NCBI RefSeq assembly: GCF_006345805.1
Contig: NC_043004.1
Span: 89,528,001-89,592,000, forward strand
Length of the DNA stretch: 64,000 bases
DNA from: Octopus sinensis
Lineage: Eukaryota
Reading direction: 5' to 3'
Position numbers and translations under genes: made by a program. Positions within the stretch are counted from its first letter, which is position 1. The number at the start of each line of letters is the position of its first letter. The notes beneath the pieces are model-generated. The model saw nothing but the letters and a program-made list of their open reading frames with translations, ran no database searches and was not told the origin of the DNA. Of this stretch, positions 1 through 11,984 are shown in pieces.

Positions 1-84
1 TGTATCAAAATTTCATGCATTTATTTGTAAAGTTAAGGAAGTTATTAAGAAGTGAAACCCATCAGTGACTTTTGGGACACCCTG
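1..84. mobile_element. Right end of a Tc1/mariner-type MITE
   Basis: GTGACTTTTGGGACACCCTG (65-84) followed by TA, the reverse complement of a CAGGGTGTCCCAAAAGTCAC mariner-like TIR. The left end is outside the window. Confidence 0.6.
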
Positions 85-324
85 TATATCTTCTGAAGGT
101 TTCAATCTTGGGAGATTTAAATTTTTGTACCAGTTTCAACACCATTAAGTCTTGCTGAATTAAAGGTACTTTTTTTTTCTTCCAAATAACGAAGAATCAA
201 AATTTAATTTAAGTTTGATAGAATAAGTAATCCAACTCCATTTTATCTAATTTAACCTCTTTATTGTTTTTCATTATTTTGGTTCACTGTCAGAATATCC
301 CTAATATCTTACAATTGCTATATA

Positions 325-332
325 TTTCAAGG
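325..332 (+). promoter_or_regulatory. 3' splice acceptor of ZNF copy 1 coding exon (mutated/shifted)
   Basis: tttcAA-ggtgtctgatg aligns with tttcAG-ggtatctgatg before copies 2-6. The canonical AG is AA here, with an AG 1 nt downstream. Confidence 0.55.
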
Positions 333-648
333 TGTCTGATGATATTGAACCCACAAACTAAAGATTGAAGACTGGCATTACCAAGGACACTGAGAATCTT
401 GTTTATACAACTTAAGTTCTACCACTGAAATATTTCCTTTGAATTGCAAGTAATATTTGATAATGACTGCACATATGTAACTCTAACATGGTTTCTGTGA
501 TGGTGTAACATCAAAATTTACTGAGATTTTCTTTTTGTCTTAAAGACTTTGAAGAAAGTATATCTTTTTTATTGAAAATATTTAAAGAAATATTTCCTTG
601 ATGCAAATTCCAGGAGTATTTTTTTTTATTTTGTGAAGAAAATTTGTT

Positions 649-829
649 ATGGAGGAGAAACTGAGTAAGAGTCAAGTTCATAATGAGAGACGATCTAATA
701 ATAATGGTGTTTCACATCAAATAAAGTAGACATCATACATGTGTGGCATCTGTGGGGAGTCTTTTAAAATGCAAAAATGTTTAATTTAACATCAGCCTTT
801 GTACACAGATTCTGAACTCTATGACTGAT
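649..829 (+). pseudogene. Disabled N-terminal leader and first finger of ZNF copy 1
   Basis: ATG 649 gives MEEKLSKSQVHNERRSNNNGVSHQIK, homologous to the leaders of copies 2-5. It is followed by TAG 727-729, TAA 787-789 and a 2-nt deletion near 826 relative to copy 2. Confidence 0.85.
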
Positions 830-2152
830 ATTTGTGGTAAAAAGTTCTCCACAGATGAAAATTTATCTACCCACAAACATATTCACACAGAGATGAAACC
901 ATATTGCCATGATATTTGTGGGGAGGCACTCTCTGAAGAAAATGGTTTATCTAACCACAAATGTATCCACACAGAAGAAAAACCATACCGTTGTGATATT
1001 TGTGGTAAAAAGTTCCTGAGAAATACTGGTTTGTTGAACCATATACGAATTCACACAGGAGAGAAACCATACGTCTGCAGCATTTGTGAGAAAGCATTTT
1101 CTCAACATAGTAACTTGATGAACCATAGCAGAATTCACACAGGTGAGAAACCACATCGTTGTGATATTTGTGGTAAATCATTCTCTCAAAACAGCAATCT
1201 GTTGGTTCATCGCCGTATTCACACAGGAGAAAAACCATACCACTGTGATATATGTGGTAAAGCATTTTCCCAGAATGGTAATTTATTAATCCATAGAAGT
1301 ACTCATGGAGGAGAGAAGCAATATCATTGTGATATATGTGGTAAAGGATTCTTTGTTAATTCTTCTTTAACTAGACACATACGAGTTCACACAGGTGAAA
1401 AGCCATACTGCTGTGATATCTGTGGGAAAACATTCACTGCTTCGAGTTCATTATCAATGCATAAACTTAACCATACAGGTAATAAGCCATACCACTGTGA
1501 CATTTGTGATAAAGCTTTCCTTAACAATAACACTTTGTTGAAGCACAGAAGAAGTCATACAGGTGAGAAACCATATCACTGTGATATCTGTGGCAAAGCA
1601 TTCTCTCAAAACAGCAATTTATTAACGCATACACGCATTCACACAGGTGAAAAGCCATATCATTGTGATATTTGTGACAAAACATTCTCGCAAAATATTA
1701 ATTTGATAATTCATAGGTCTGCTCACAGAGGAGAGAAACTCTATCCTTGTGATATTTGTGGTAATGCTTTCTCCAGTATTTCTTCTTTATCAACTCACAG
1801 ACGTATTCATACAGGAGAAAGACCACACTGCTGTGATATTTGCGGCAAAGCATTCACTGCTTCCAGTTCATTGTCAATGCATAAGCTTACACACACAGGT
1901 GAGAAGCCATACTACTGTGAAATCTGTGGTAAAAATTTCCCAAAAACTAGCATTTTGTTGAATCACAGACGAATTCACACAGGTGAGAAACCATACCAGT
2001 GTAACATTTGCAAGAAAGCATTCTCTCAGAATAGTAATTTATTGACCCACAAACGTGTTCACACAGGTGAGAAACCATATCAGTGTGATACCTGTTGTAA
2101 ATCATTCTCTCAAAATATCAATTTATTAACCCATAGACGTATTCATCTTTGA
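821..2152 (+). CDS. Poly-C2H2 zinc-finger protein, copy 1 (443 aa; 14 canonical + 2 degenerate fingers; possibly pseudogene)
   Basis: Uninterrupted CxxC...HxxxH / TGEKPY array. The start ATG is in frame only because of the upstream deletion. Confidence 0.8.
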   Translation: MTDICGKKFSTDENLSTHKHIHTEMKPYCHDICGEALSEENGLSNHKCIHTEEKPYRCDICGKKFLRNTGLLNHIRIHTGEKPYVCSICEKAFSQHSNLMNHSRIHTGEKPHRCDICGKSFSQNSNLLVHRRIHTGEKPYHCDICGKAFSQNGNLLIHRSTHGGEKQYHCDICGKGFFVNSSLTRHIRVHTGEKPYCCDICGKTFTASSSLSMHKLNHTGNKPYHCDICDKAFLNNNTLLKHRRSHTGEKPYHCDICGKAFSQNSNLLTHTRIHTGEKPYHCDICDKTFSQNINLIIHRSAHRGEKLYPCDICGNAFSSISSLSTHRRIHTGERPHCCDICGKAFTASSSLSMHKLTHTGEKPYYCEICGKNFPKTSILLNHRRIHTGEKPYQCNICKKAFSQNSNLLTHKRVHTGEKPYQCDTCCKSFSQNINLLTHRRIHL

Positions 2153-2446
2153 CAAGACAAGTCTCATAAAGTTAATTGTACAGAAGAAGAAAAAATACCT
2201 GAGATATATGTGGTAAAAATTAATGAGGTACTTATGGTACAATGGAAAACTATATTCATGGCATACTAATGACGTAAATACAGCCAGGGACTCAGCTTGC
2301 AATTTATTTAATTGAAGAGCAGCAGTGACATGTATTCTTTGACTGAAGAATCAGTAGCAGTATTAAGCCAGCCATGAAACTCGAGCTCACATCTCTGTGA
2401 TTACTGGTCATAGTGCTTTACCTTTAATAATGATAATAATAATAAT

Positions 2447-3097
2447 AACAAGAGCACTCAGAGAGCACAAACCTCCGCCAAGGTAACACCAACATCCTCT
2501 CAACGTTTAGCTGAAGACGATTTTTAAAATGAGAATATCTGAAATAAACTCGACTGTCCTCACAGACGAGAATACTAAAAACGAACCCGACCGCTAACGA
2601 AACTTAAGTAAAAAAGAACGGAAAAATAATCCAGAATCTTTGTCTGGTACCTGATTGATCCCAATGGTAGTCATGGAATGTAAAGGTGGCTGTAGAAAAA
2701 TTAGTAACAGTAATAAATAGTTCATCCTTATCTAATACAAGTCCAAGTTAACAAATTCACCATTCAAAATAGTTACAGCCTAAAGGGAGATAATTGAGAA
2801 AGACTTAATAATAATGAAATTATTGTATATGGTGCTCAGGTGCACCACAACTTGTCAAAAAGACTTGAAAGTTAATGCTAGATTGTAATCATGTAAAGTA
2901 AATATAACAAAAAAATAATCCAGAATCCTTATCTGGTACCGGATCGATCCCAAAATCTAATCAGTTCATGCCAGTCACGAGGCCAAACATCCCTGAAAGT
3001 TTCATCTGAATCCATCCAGTGGTTCTTGAGATATTTTGTCCACAGACAAACAAACAAACATGACTGAAAACAATGCTTTCACTAAGGCGGAGGTAAT
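2447..3097 (+). mobile_element. Non-autonomous Helentron/HINE-like element
   Basis: Starts AACAAGAGCACTCAGAGAG with subterminal ACCTCCGCC, has an (ACAA)n tract and ends AAGGCGGAGGTAA. A second copy lies at 26393-26761. Confidence 0.6.
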
Positions 3098-3377
3098 AAT
3101 AATTTTTTCTTTATTAGCCACAAGTGCTCACATAACAGGAAGTGACAAAACAGGACGATACAATGGGTTTTAAAACCTTTAAAACAGTGTAAAAAGCTGC
3201 CTGGGTTTCATGTCTGTATGCCCTTCCTAATGCCAACCACTTTACAGAGTGTACTGTGTGCTTTTTATGTGGCACTTGCACAACAAAGATCTCTTGGCAG
3301 AAAGAGAGTTGGAGTTGGGAGCATGACCATAAAGGACATACCTGTATGGCTGGATGGCCATGATTTTACTTACATTC

Positions 3378-3572
3378 TTTTCTACTCAAGACACAGGAGG
3401 GGGCCAGTTGATTAGATCAATACCAGTATGCAACTGGTACTTAATTTATCAACCCCAATAGGATGAACGGCAAAGTCAACCTCGGCGGAATTTCAACTCA
3501 GAACATAAAGGCATGAAATACTGTTGAGCATTTCACCCAGTGCACTAATGTTTCTGCCAGCTTACTGCCTTA
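3378..3572 (-). mobile_element. tRNA-derived SINE (family A)
   Basis: Reverse complement of the GGCAG..AGCTGGCAGAAAC...GACTTTGCC.TTCATCC...GATAAATTAAGTACC type seen at 5184 and 55300. Confidence 0.75.
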
Positions 3573-3859
3573 TTTACTTACATTGACTTGACACAATTTT
3601 ATTTACATTGACATGTCTTCTCAAGTATAGCAAATCACTAGAAGTCTCAGTCCCTTGTCATCTCAATGAACATTAATCAATGATGATGAACTATTGTTTT
3701 TATATGATTTCCATTATTTTGAATAACTATCCCATTGTTTAGACCAGATAAGGTCTCCACATTACAGATGGAAAAAGTGAAAAATAAAGAAATATATATA
3801 TACACCTATATAAATGACATGTTTTGTTGTAATCTCTGTGCAGTAATTTGTTATTTTCT

Positions 3860-4140
3860 ACAGTTCTCTACAAGCCAGTATTTATATAATTGCAAATGTA
3901 TTCACACAGGTAATATCTGTGATGATGCATTCCCTCAATATAGTAATTATTTACACAAAAAAGAAACCATGCCATTGTGATATTTGTGGTAAAGTATTCT
4001 CTCTAATTTAAACACAAATATGTCCACAAAAGAGAAAAGCCCTACTATTTTAGTATTTATAGCATTCTCTCTGAAGTTCTAATTTATTGATCCATAAAAT
4101 CAAAGATAAATCAAATCACTGTAATATCTGTAACAAAACT
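3860..4140 (+). pseudogene. Degenerate C2H2 finger remnants
   Basis: ttctctacaagccagtattta...attcacacagg and aaaccatgccattgtgatatttgtggtaaagtattctct, with stops and indels. Confidence 0.7.
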
Positions 4141-4519
4141 CCTTGAAGGATATCCAGGTGGCATTTGAGAGGGCCAGCCATTGGATATGGATGAAAAAGA
4201 ATGATGAAACCTGGTTGGAGAGGTGATGATCCCAAAATGGACTTGAGTTTGAATACTAGTCAGTTGAAACAATAAATGGGGCCTCACATCAGTGAGTGGG
4301 GCTGGGACACTGTAAAGTTATTGAGAGGAAGGCCCTGAAATGATGCACATTCTCTCATGATGACCCCTGAAACCTACTGGCACCTGGTACATGAAGTTTT
4401 CAACTGACTGCATTTCCTTAATAAACTGTTTCTAAGTCTCTAGAGAGTAAATCATGCTATTGGGACATCTGTAGCAAAACATTCCCTGCTGATAGTTTGT
4501 GTTAATAAACACAAGTATA

Positions 4520-4733
4520 CAAGGGGGTGCTGAAAAATTCCTGGCTTTGCGTATTAAGAAAATACAGGAGGATCAATTAAGATTTTATTCAATATGTTCC
4601 CCTCTCAAATTTACACACTTATTGCAGTGGTCCTTCAGTTTTTCTAAGCCCTATAAAAGAACTCGGGAGGTTGGGTCTCCAAGCAGGCCTTCCACAAAAC
4701 CCTTAAAGCCAGGAACTTTTCAGCACCCCTTCA
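4520..4733. mobile_element. Mariner-type MITE
   Basis: TIRs CAAGGGGGTGCTGAAAAATTCCTGGCTTT and AAAGCCAGGAACTTTTCAGCACCCCTTCA, flanked by TA. Confidence 0.8.
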
Positions 4734-4735
4734 TA

Positions 4736-4980
4736 GCTGTATTCATACAGGAGAAAAACCAGAATTATATCTCTGATAAAATTTTCTTTGAAAGTAATTC
4801 AATATCAATGCATAAGTACATTCTCATCAGTGAAAGGCCCCATCATTGTGATATCTATGGTACGACAGTCACTGCTAGTTATTCATTATCTATACATCGG
4901 TCATCACACTGGAGATAAAACAATAGTATTGTGATATCTGAGCTATAACATTCTCACAGAATTGTAATTTACTGATCAGT
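4736..4980 (+). pseudogene. Degenerate C2H2 finger remnants
   Basis: gtattcatacaggagaaaaacc, gtgaaaggccccatcattgtgatatctatgg and actgctagttattcattatct are a decayed TASxSLS-type finger and linkers. Confidence 0.7.
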
Positions 4981-5183
4981 GGCAGCTCATGTATAGGCAC
5001 TGCGGAACTGCAGCACCCCCTATTTCCATTCAATATAATGAGTCCTTTTTTTTCTTTACTTCTTTCTTTATACTTGTACATTATATAATCCTTAAGCTTA
5101 ATGTCAGTAGCCATCCCCTAGTTTATAAAAAAAAATACAAAAATCCTCATATAGAACTCTGTGCTTCACAGTTCCAGCTGCAC

Positions 5184-5403
5184 AAGCGGCAAGCTGGCAG
5201 AAACGTTAGCACACCAGACGATAATGCTTGGCGGTATTTTGTTTGTCTTTATGTTCTGAGTTCAGATTCTGCCAAGGTCGACTTTGCCTTTCATCCTTTT
5301 GGAATTGATAAATTAAGTACCATTTGCATACTGGGGTCGATGTAATCGACTGTCCCCCCCCTCCTCTGCCAAACTTTCGGGCCTTGTGCCTAGAATAGAA
5401 AAG
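5184..5403 (+). mobile_element. tRNA-derived SINE (family A)
   Basis: GCGGCAAGCTGGCAGAAACGTTAGC head, GTTCAGATTC B-box-like motif and GACTTTGCCTTTCATCC core. Many copies in the window (about 15790, 19205, 26770, 27640, 31250, 33355, 55300). Confidence 0.8.
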
Positions 5404-5904
5404 TTCCAACTATGCAGTATTTGGCTGTTATGCACATGTTCACGTGTCCGAGATAGGAAGCTACATGCTAGGGAGAGAGAGCACTGTGGTTCACGCAGTG
5501 CTGACCCAGGTGTGCTAGTGAAAGGTAGTGTTTCTTTTTGACTCCGCGTGTGTTGTGCTTAAAAACATGTTTATATTCTTGAATGTGATAAAGTGTAGAA
5601 TTAGATTATTATCCTGCTTCCAGCTACAGTGTTGCTACCAGGATTTGAAAAATAGGGCAAATTTCCTTCCCTTATTTTGTGATTTAGGGGGAATTTTTGA
5701 AAAACAAGGGTGAATTCATGGCAGTGTTCAGTGAATGAATTAAACACACTACCCTGCAGTGGCTAAAATGTGAACTGATCAAGTTTATGTAAAAGTTTCC
5801 TTTTTATTTATGCACCCTTTTCAAGCCTAGCCTGGCTCATGGGCCCAGTTTCTGTGGCATATGTGTTCCTCCCTAGCTGGACGGGACGCCAGTCCATCGC
5901 AGTG

Positions 5905-6105
5905 TTACTCAAGAAACAGGAAGAAAGAGTGAGAGAAAGTTGGGGCAAAAGAGTACAACAGGGGTCGCCACCACCACCTGCCGGAGCCTCGTGGAACTTT
6001 AGGTGTTTTTGCTCAATAAACACACACAATGCCTGGTCTGAGAATCGAAATAGCGATCCTACAACCGCGACTCCACTGCCCTAACCACTGGGCCATTGCA
6101 CCTCC
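5905..6105 (-). mobile_element. tRNA-derived SINE (family C), partial
   Basis: Homologous to 16790-17153. The reverse strand begins GGAGG.GCAATGGCCCAGTGGTTAGGGCAG (tRNA-like A box). Confidence 0.75.
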
Positions 6106-6317
6106 TTGTTTCCTTTTACAGAATATTAAAACAACAGCTAAAAATTTTCTGAAGCAGCACCCCTACTAATTTTATCTATGAGCTGCCACTATTACTGATG
6201 TTTTAATGTGTTCATGCTGAAGAAAAAGCATATTGTAGTGATTTCTGTGATTAAATACTCTTTTTTAAAAAATTTTTATATGACTTTGAACACAGAAACA
6301 AGTAAAAGAGTAAAGAG

Positions 6318-6490
6318 ATGCACCTTCACTCAGGAGAGAAGGAAACTACCACTGTAATATCTGGAGTAAAAGATTCTTTCAAAGGACGTTTTTTTTCTTT
6401 TTAACCCTAGATGTTGTTTGTAAAGATTAGAAAGTCTACAAATGTAATGAGAAATTCTCTCAACAAGGCAATTTACTAACCCCCAAATTT
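6318..6490 (+). pseudogene. Highly degenerate C2H2 finger remnant
   Basis: caccttcactcaggagagaagg...ccactgtaatatctgg and gaaattctctcaacaaggcaatttactaaccc resemble a HSGEK linker and a QxGNLL finger. Confidence 0.5.
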
Positions 6491-8409
6491 TTACATGTAA
6501 TTTCTCACAAGAGTTGGCAAGCGGGAGAGCCTTGTACAGCTTGCCAGCCTTTTAAACGTGTTAAATGATGATGATGATAGTGATTGAATATTTTCATTAT
6601 AATATAAATGGGTAATGATGGACAGTATCATGCAGATTGGTTATCATTCATAACCACTCGACCTGATATCCCTAGTCATATATAGATGGAAATATCAAAG
6701 TATATCTCACAACTAATTTAGCTTCACTAGATGATTATATGCTGTACTACCACTGATATTTTACAAAGTAAAATAGATTCTGTCACTCCATTCCAGGCAG
6801 GAGCCCTTTTTAAGAAGTGGGCCATCCCACTAAAAATAATTCAAGGTAACTTTTCGTTAGGCATATCATTCAGAAAGTCCTACAAGCAAATAGTTAATTC
6901 ATGACTGCTCTACTTTTTAATGAAGAGGAAAACATTAAGAATATATATATATGCAGTGTTATTCTCTTTGCTCACTGTGTTTATGATTTATTATTGCTTA
7001 GCAGATACCAGCACAGATCAGCAGTTTTATTCACTGAAGTTATAAACATGTCCATTGGCTCTTGTTCGATTCATTGGTGCTTCCGCTTGATGAGACAACG
7101 ATGTTAAAACACTAGTTGAACCGGAACTCCTTGTCCTATTGAATTGAGTGTTGCGAATGCGTATTCGTTGTTGAGAAGCTATTCTGTAACAAAACACAAC
7201 AATGATTTGCATATTCATGTTCAAATCTGTCAGAACGTATGAATGTTTAAATGCACTACATCGTCATAGTTTAGAAAAGCTTTTATATCTTCACTGTTTT
7301 CGATTCCCAAGACTCTCTGTTACCATCCAATTCCATTATTATGAATTTGAATTGGGAGCCTGAGTCATAATGAATCTTTGATTAGCTAATTACACAACCA
7401 TGTACGCGATTCTTATGGATGTGTTGCAGTTACCCTCTTGATAGAGTTTATTGATCTCTACCATTGATCTTCTGGGATTCCTCCGCCCAGCATCAATGTA
7501 AGAAGTACCGTTGGCTCAGTTGAGCTGTTCCGCCACCTCTTCACAATCTGCTATACTGCAGTCCCGTGACTTCGCCGTATCTCTGGCAGGGTGGCTGAAT
7601 AGAGTTCTATGCCATGTCAAAGAGCAGCCCGTAACTAATAAAAATCAATAAACAAGTAAGAGGCATGCATATCTCCCACGCCAGTGTTGGGACACTAGCA
7701 TTCCCCGTTAGAAGAAAGGGCTTGGACTTGAGAAACACTCTCCGACCACGACCATCTCTTACCACAATCACATCTCTATCTACCTACCCTCCATCCAGTC
7801 TCTTCTCTCTGCCTATCATCCCCCTCTCTCTTTTCTCTGTCATTTTCATCTCATCCTACTCCTCACTCTGTAATTCTCTATTCACTGCGAGACAATTTTA
7901 TCTACTTCCTGTCTCTTTATTTCTACGGTTGTATTCCAAAAGTTTGTTGTCTTTCGCGGCAACCAAATTCACCGATCCCCTCGACACTTTCTTCCTATAT
8001 ATATATATATGTAAATGTATGTGTGTATATGTACGTATATATAATACGGCTGTTCTACATATATGGTCTGTGGTTATCGAAAGAGAAATGTCACAATGAA
8101 GAGCTATCGGAACCTACCCACTGGAGGTAAATAAAATAACTTTTTTTTTAATGGTATTTGCCTAAAATCATTGTTAAATGTAGATTGTTTAGTGGTTTTT
8201 TTTATCAGGAATTACGACGATTTTTTGGAGACATGAATTTATCAGTATGAATAATAATAATACGTAAGAACAAACACTCTGACAAAATCAGTTTCATTCA
8301 CAAAAGGACTTGGACTGAGTTTGATCTGTTTTTATTTCCCAGCTCAATTAAAGCGCCATCAAAACCAACTCATTACATTCATGATTAAATTTAATGAAAT
8401 GAGCTTTTG

Positions 8410-8444
<35 letters not shown>

Positions 8445-8565
8445 CATAAATGAGGGTGAAAAATTAGATATTAATTTAATAATACCGTCAGTTTAACACC
8501 TGGCTATACCAGAATAAGGAGCTATTTCTAGCACTAGAGTTAGCCACTTATCGTTAACTCTCTTA

Positions 8566-8614
<49 letters not shown>

Positions 8615-8619
<5 letters not shown>

Positions 8620-8825
8620 TAGTGTTCGCATTATTCCGCCAAAACTAATGCTTTTTCATCCACTTCGTTTTGAACTAATCATGCATCATCTTGTAGCGAT
8701 GAGATTTTGATGAGGTAGCTGTTAATTTTAAAAACAATATTGTAGGGTAGGTGTGAGAGACCAGATCTGGCCAGTTTGACCATAAAACAGGCAGAATACT
8801 TATGGCCGGTTTAAATGCTAAAGGG
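8615..8825. mobile_element. piggyBac-like MITE
   Basis: CCCTTTAG...CTAAAGGG termini. Same family as 11772-11984 and 14852-15045; the latter is TTAA-flanked. Confidence 0.7.
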
Positions 8826-9300
8826 ATATATATATAGATATATGTATGTATATTGTCATATTTTACATCATACGTTTGACGTCAGTTTAGTTTCGTATCA
8901 ACCAACTACAAGAACATCTCCTTTGTTGATACTAAACTGGTTTAAAGAATACTTTATACCCTGTCAGACAGAAGACCGTGATCAGAGGCTTTCCAGCCAT
9001 GCCCATCTTGTCAGTTTTAGACGATGTATTTAGAAATCAATATACAGTATTTTGTTTTCAGACTGTATGTAAAGTGCGTTTGATGGAAATTTGACTGCTG
9101 TTTCTAAAAGGCTAAAACAAAGGTTCTGTTCGTTGGTTGTCAGTGTTAGAGTTTGTTTTTAATCAAGAGTTCTTTTATTGGCATTCTTTCGATATAACTC
9201 GACCAAATCAAAACACTTCAATTCGGGTATTTCCGTGAAAGCAAATGACAGTTCGATTCTGTTTTCTGCTTGGAAATTTTCAGATTTTACCTACACACAT

Positions 9301-9313
9301 GAAACAGGTAAGA
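9301..9313 (+). promoter_or_regulatory. Candidate 5' splice donor of a 5'-UTR exon of ZNF copy 2
   Basis: ACAG|GTAAGA with GT at 9308-9309. Assignment to copy 2 is inferred from position only. Confidence 0.45.
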
Positions 9314-9319
9314 ACAAAT

Positions 9320-11232
9320 GGTTAATATAGGGCGTAACAAATATCAGAAAATCAAAAAAAAAGTGTGTAATAGGTTGTAAAACAACTTCCTATGAACGAA
9401 TATGAAAAAAAAAATTCGCGCACGCGAAAGGGGGGTGGGGGAGAGGCCTCGGAAAATTCACGGGAAGTTCCGAAAGCGTCTGAGGGCTGACCCGGGCACC
9501 AAAACAAAAAAAAATAGTGTAATATGTGTGTAAAACAACTTGCTCTAAACGATATGAAAAAAAAAATGCGCTCTCGAGAAAGAGGGGTGGGGGAGAGGCC
9601 TCGGAATATTTATATCGGGAATTTCCGAAAGCGTCTGAACCGGGCACAAAACAAAAACAAAAAACAGCGTAATAGGTGTAAAACAACTTGCTCTAAACGA
9701 CTATCATGAAAAAAATGCGCGCTCGCGAAAGGGGGGGGGGGAGAGGCTTCGGAAATTTCACATCTTCAGTCCACGGCCTTTAAACTAAGAAAAAATAGTG
9801 TAATTGGTGTAAAACTATTGTTCTAAACGAGTATCAAGAACCACACTCACACATGAATAATAAACTCCGTATTCGCAAAAAAAAAATAAATAAAGAGAAG
9901 AAATTCTGGAAAAAGTGAAGAAATGTTGGATCTCCGCCATGTGAATCAAAATACGTGTCAGAAACATCTTGAAATACTACAGAAATTATGTTACGAAAAT
10001 GATAATGTTACATACCTCTTTGAGGGTCCATCGATAATGATGATAAAGAAATGAGTTGGATTTGAACTCAGAATATTGACTAACACAACTACATACTACA
10101 AGACTCAAAATATTCAGCCAAGTCACCACCCTTTAACTAGCAATAATAATAACATCAATAACATAACAGCCAAAAGATTTATTTGTTCTGAAAATAACAA
10201 TCATAGTAAATAAATATGTTCTTTAATATCACATTCATGTGCACAGTTAAACACACTTACATACAAACAGTCACGCATGCATAATACAGAACGGAACACA
10301 TAAATGAAGGATGCATTACTTAGTATATATTACATCTAGAGATTTTGATTAATAAGTCAAATATGCAAATTATAAAGATAATTAATTGCTTTACTAAACA
10401 GTGTTGTAAAGGTGAAAAAATAAATTTGGGAAAAAAAATACACGCCAAAACTAATTATAAAGGATAATTAGGGAAGGATTGACACAAAATAATAATTTTT
10501 TCTGTCTCTTTTTTTCTGATAAATGCATCTTAATAAGTGAGAAGAATTGCATATATCTGAACTATTTCAAAGAAAAGCATAAATTTAATGTTTAAAATAG
10601 CTTTAACCAAGGAATGAGATCCAACATTTCTTCACTTTTCCAGAATTTCTTCTTTTATTATTTTTTTTTTGCGAAATACGGAGTTTATGATTCATGTGTG
10701 AGTGTGTGTTCTTGATACTCGTTTAGAACAAGTAGTTTTACACCAATTACACTATTTTTTCTTAGTTTAAAGGCCGTGGACTGAAGATGTGAAATTTCCG
10801 AAGCCTCTCCCCAACCCCCCTTTCGCGAGCGCGCATTTTTTTCATGATAGTCGTTTAGAGCAAGTTGTTTTACACCTATTACGCTGTTTTTGTTTTTGTT
10901 TTTGTGCCCGGTTCAGATGCTTTCGGAAATTCCCGATATAAATATTCCGAGGCCTCCCCACCCCTCTTTCTCGAGAGCGCATTTTTTTTTGTCATATTGT
11001 TTAGAGCAAGTTGTTTTACACATATTACACTATTTTTTTTTGTTTTGGTGCCCGGGTCAGCTCCTCAGACGCTTTCGGAACTTCCCGATGTGAATTTTCC
11101 GAGGCCTCTCCCCCACCCCCCTTTCGCGTGCGCGAATTTTTTTTTTCATATTCGTTCATAGGAAGTTGTTTTACACCTATTACACACATTTTTTTTTTGA
11201 TTTTCTGATATTTGTTACGCCCTATATTAACC
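9320..11232. mobile_element. Non-autonomous foldback DNA transposon with ~615-bp TIRs (Merlin-like termini)
   Basis: Arms 9320-9934 and 10616-11232 are inverted copies, built from ~150-bp subrepeats and ending GGTTAATATAGGGCG / CGCCCTATATTAACC. Perfect 8-bp TSD GAACAAAT at 9312-9319 and 11233-11240. The spacer has no transposase ORF. Confidence 0.9.
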
Positions 11233-11554
11233 GAACAAATATGCAAGGCTTTTTTTCTTCAAGTTTAAAATGAGACATTTCTGGCATAATTTCGTTATAG
11301 CTATACTCCACAACGCAGGTGTTTGTACCTCCTTGTCTTGACATCACGTGATTGTTGTAAATAAATGTCATTTATTTCCAATATTCTGTGAAAGCATGTC
11401 TAGCCTTGGGGGAAATCTTACCTTGCTTGGAAACCGGTAAGGATTGGTAACAAAAGGGGCATATGAATATAGAAAATCTGCTTCAGTAAGCTGTCTGATT
11501 CATGCAAGCATGGTAAAGTGGGTGTTAAAACAGTGATGATGATATATAGATAGA

Positions 11555-11655
11555 TAATGGAGCCTGGTGCAGCCCCTGGCCTTACCGGCTCAGCTCCAGT
11601 CAAACTGGCCAAAACATGCCAGCATGGAAAATGGATGTTAAATGATGATGATGAT
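11555..11655 (+). mobile_element. RTE LINE 3'-end fragment
   Basis: GGAGCCTGGTGCAGCC...CATGCCAGCATGGAAAATGGATGTTAAATGATGATG, matching the tail of the RTE at 41826-43170. Confidence 0.75.
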
Positions 11656-11771
11656 AAGTGTGTGTTCATGTTTAAATTCTGCACTTTGCATGGAAATGCA
11701 TTGAGATACAAACAGTGATGTTTGTTAACATTCCCTGTCAATGAATCATCTGTTAGTTTTTGCACCTCTAA

Positions 11772-11984
11772 CTCGTTAGTGTTCAGTTTACTCAGTCAAA
11801 AGTAGTGCTTCACATTGTTTTGAATTAGACATGCATTACTTTGTAGCTTTGAGATTTCGGCGATGTGATTGTTTATGTTTAAAATGACATTTTAGAGTAT
11901 GTATGAGAGGCCAGATCTGGCCAGTTTGAACATATAACAAGTCGAATATTTTGGCTGGATATAGCCAGTTTAAATGCTAAATGG
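11772..11984. mobile_element. piggyBac-like MITE
   Basis: Same family as 8615-8825; ends AATGCTAAATGG followed by TTAA. Confidence 0.7.

Noticed and set aside
727-789. A-to-I editing rescue of copy 1 stops (UAG/UAA to UGG)
   Set aside because: Editing could recode the stops but cannot repair the 2-nt deletion near 826, so the full-length product is not restored.
5184-5270. tRNA-like sequences (also 17100-17153, 55300)
   Set aside because: They are SINE heads followed by SINE cores, with no complete cloverleaf or acceptor stem.
7060-7740. GC-richer block that looks like decayed coding DNA (possible retroelement N-terminus or viral insert)
   Set aside because: All frames have several stops and I recognise no motif. 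A tBLASTx/HMM search would be needed.
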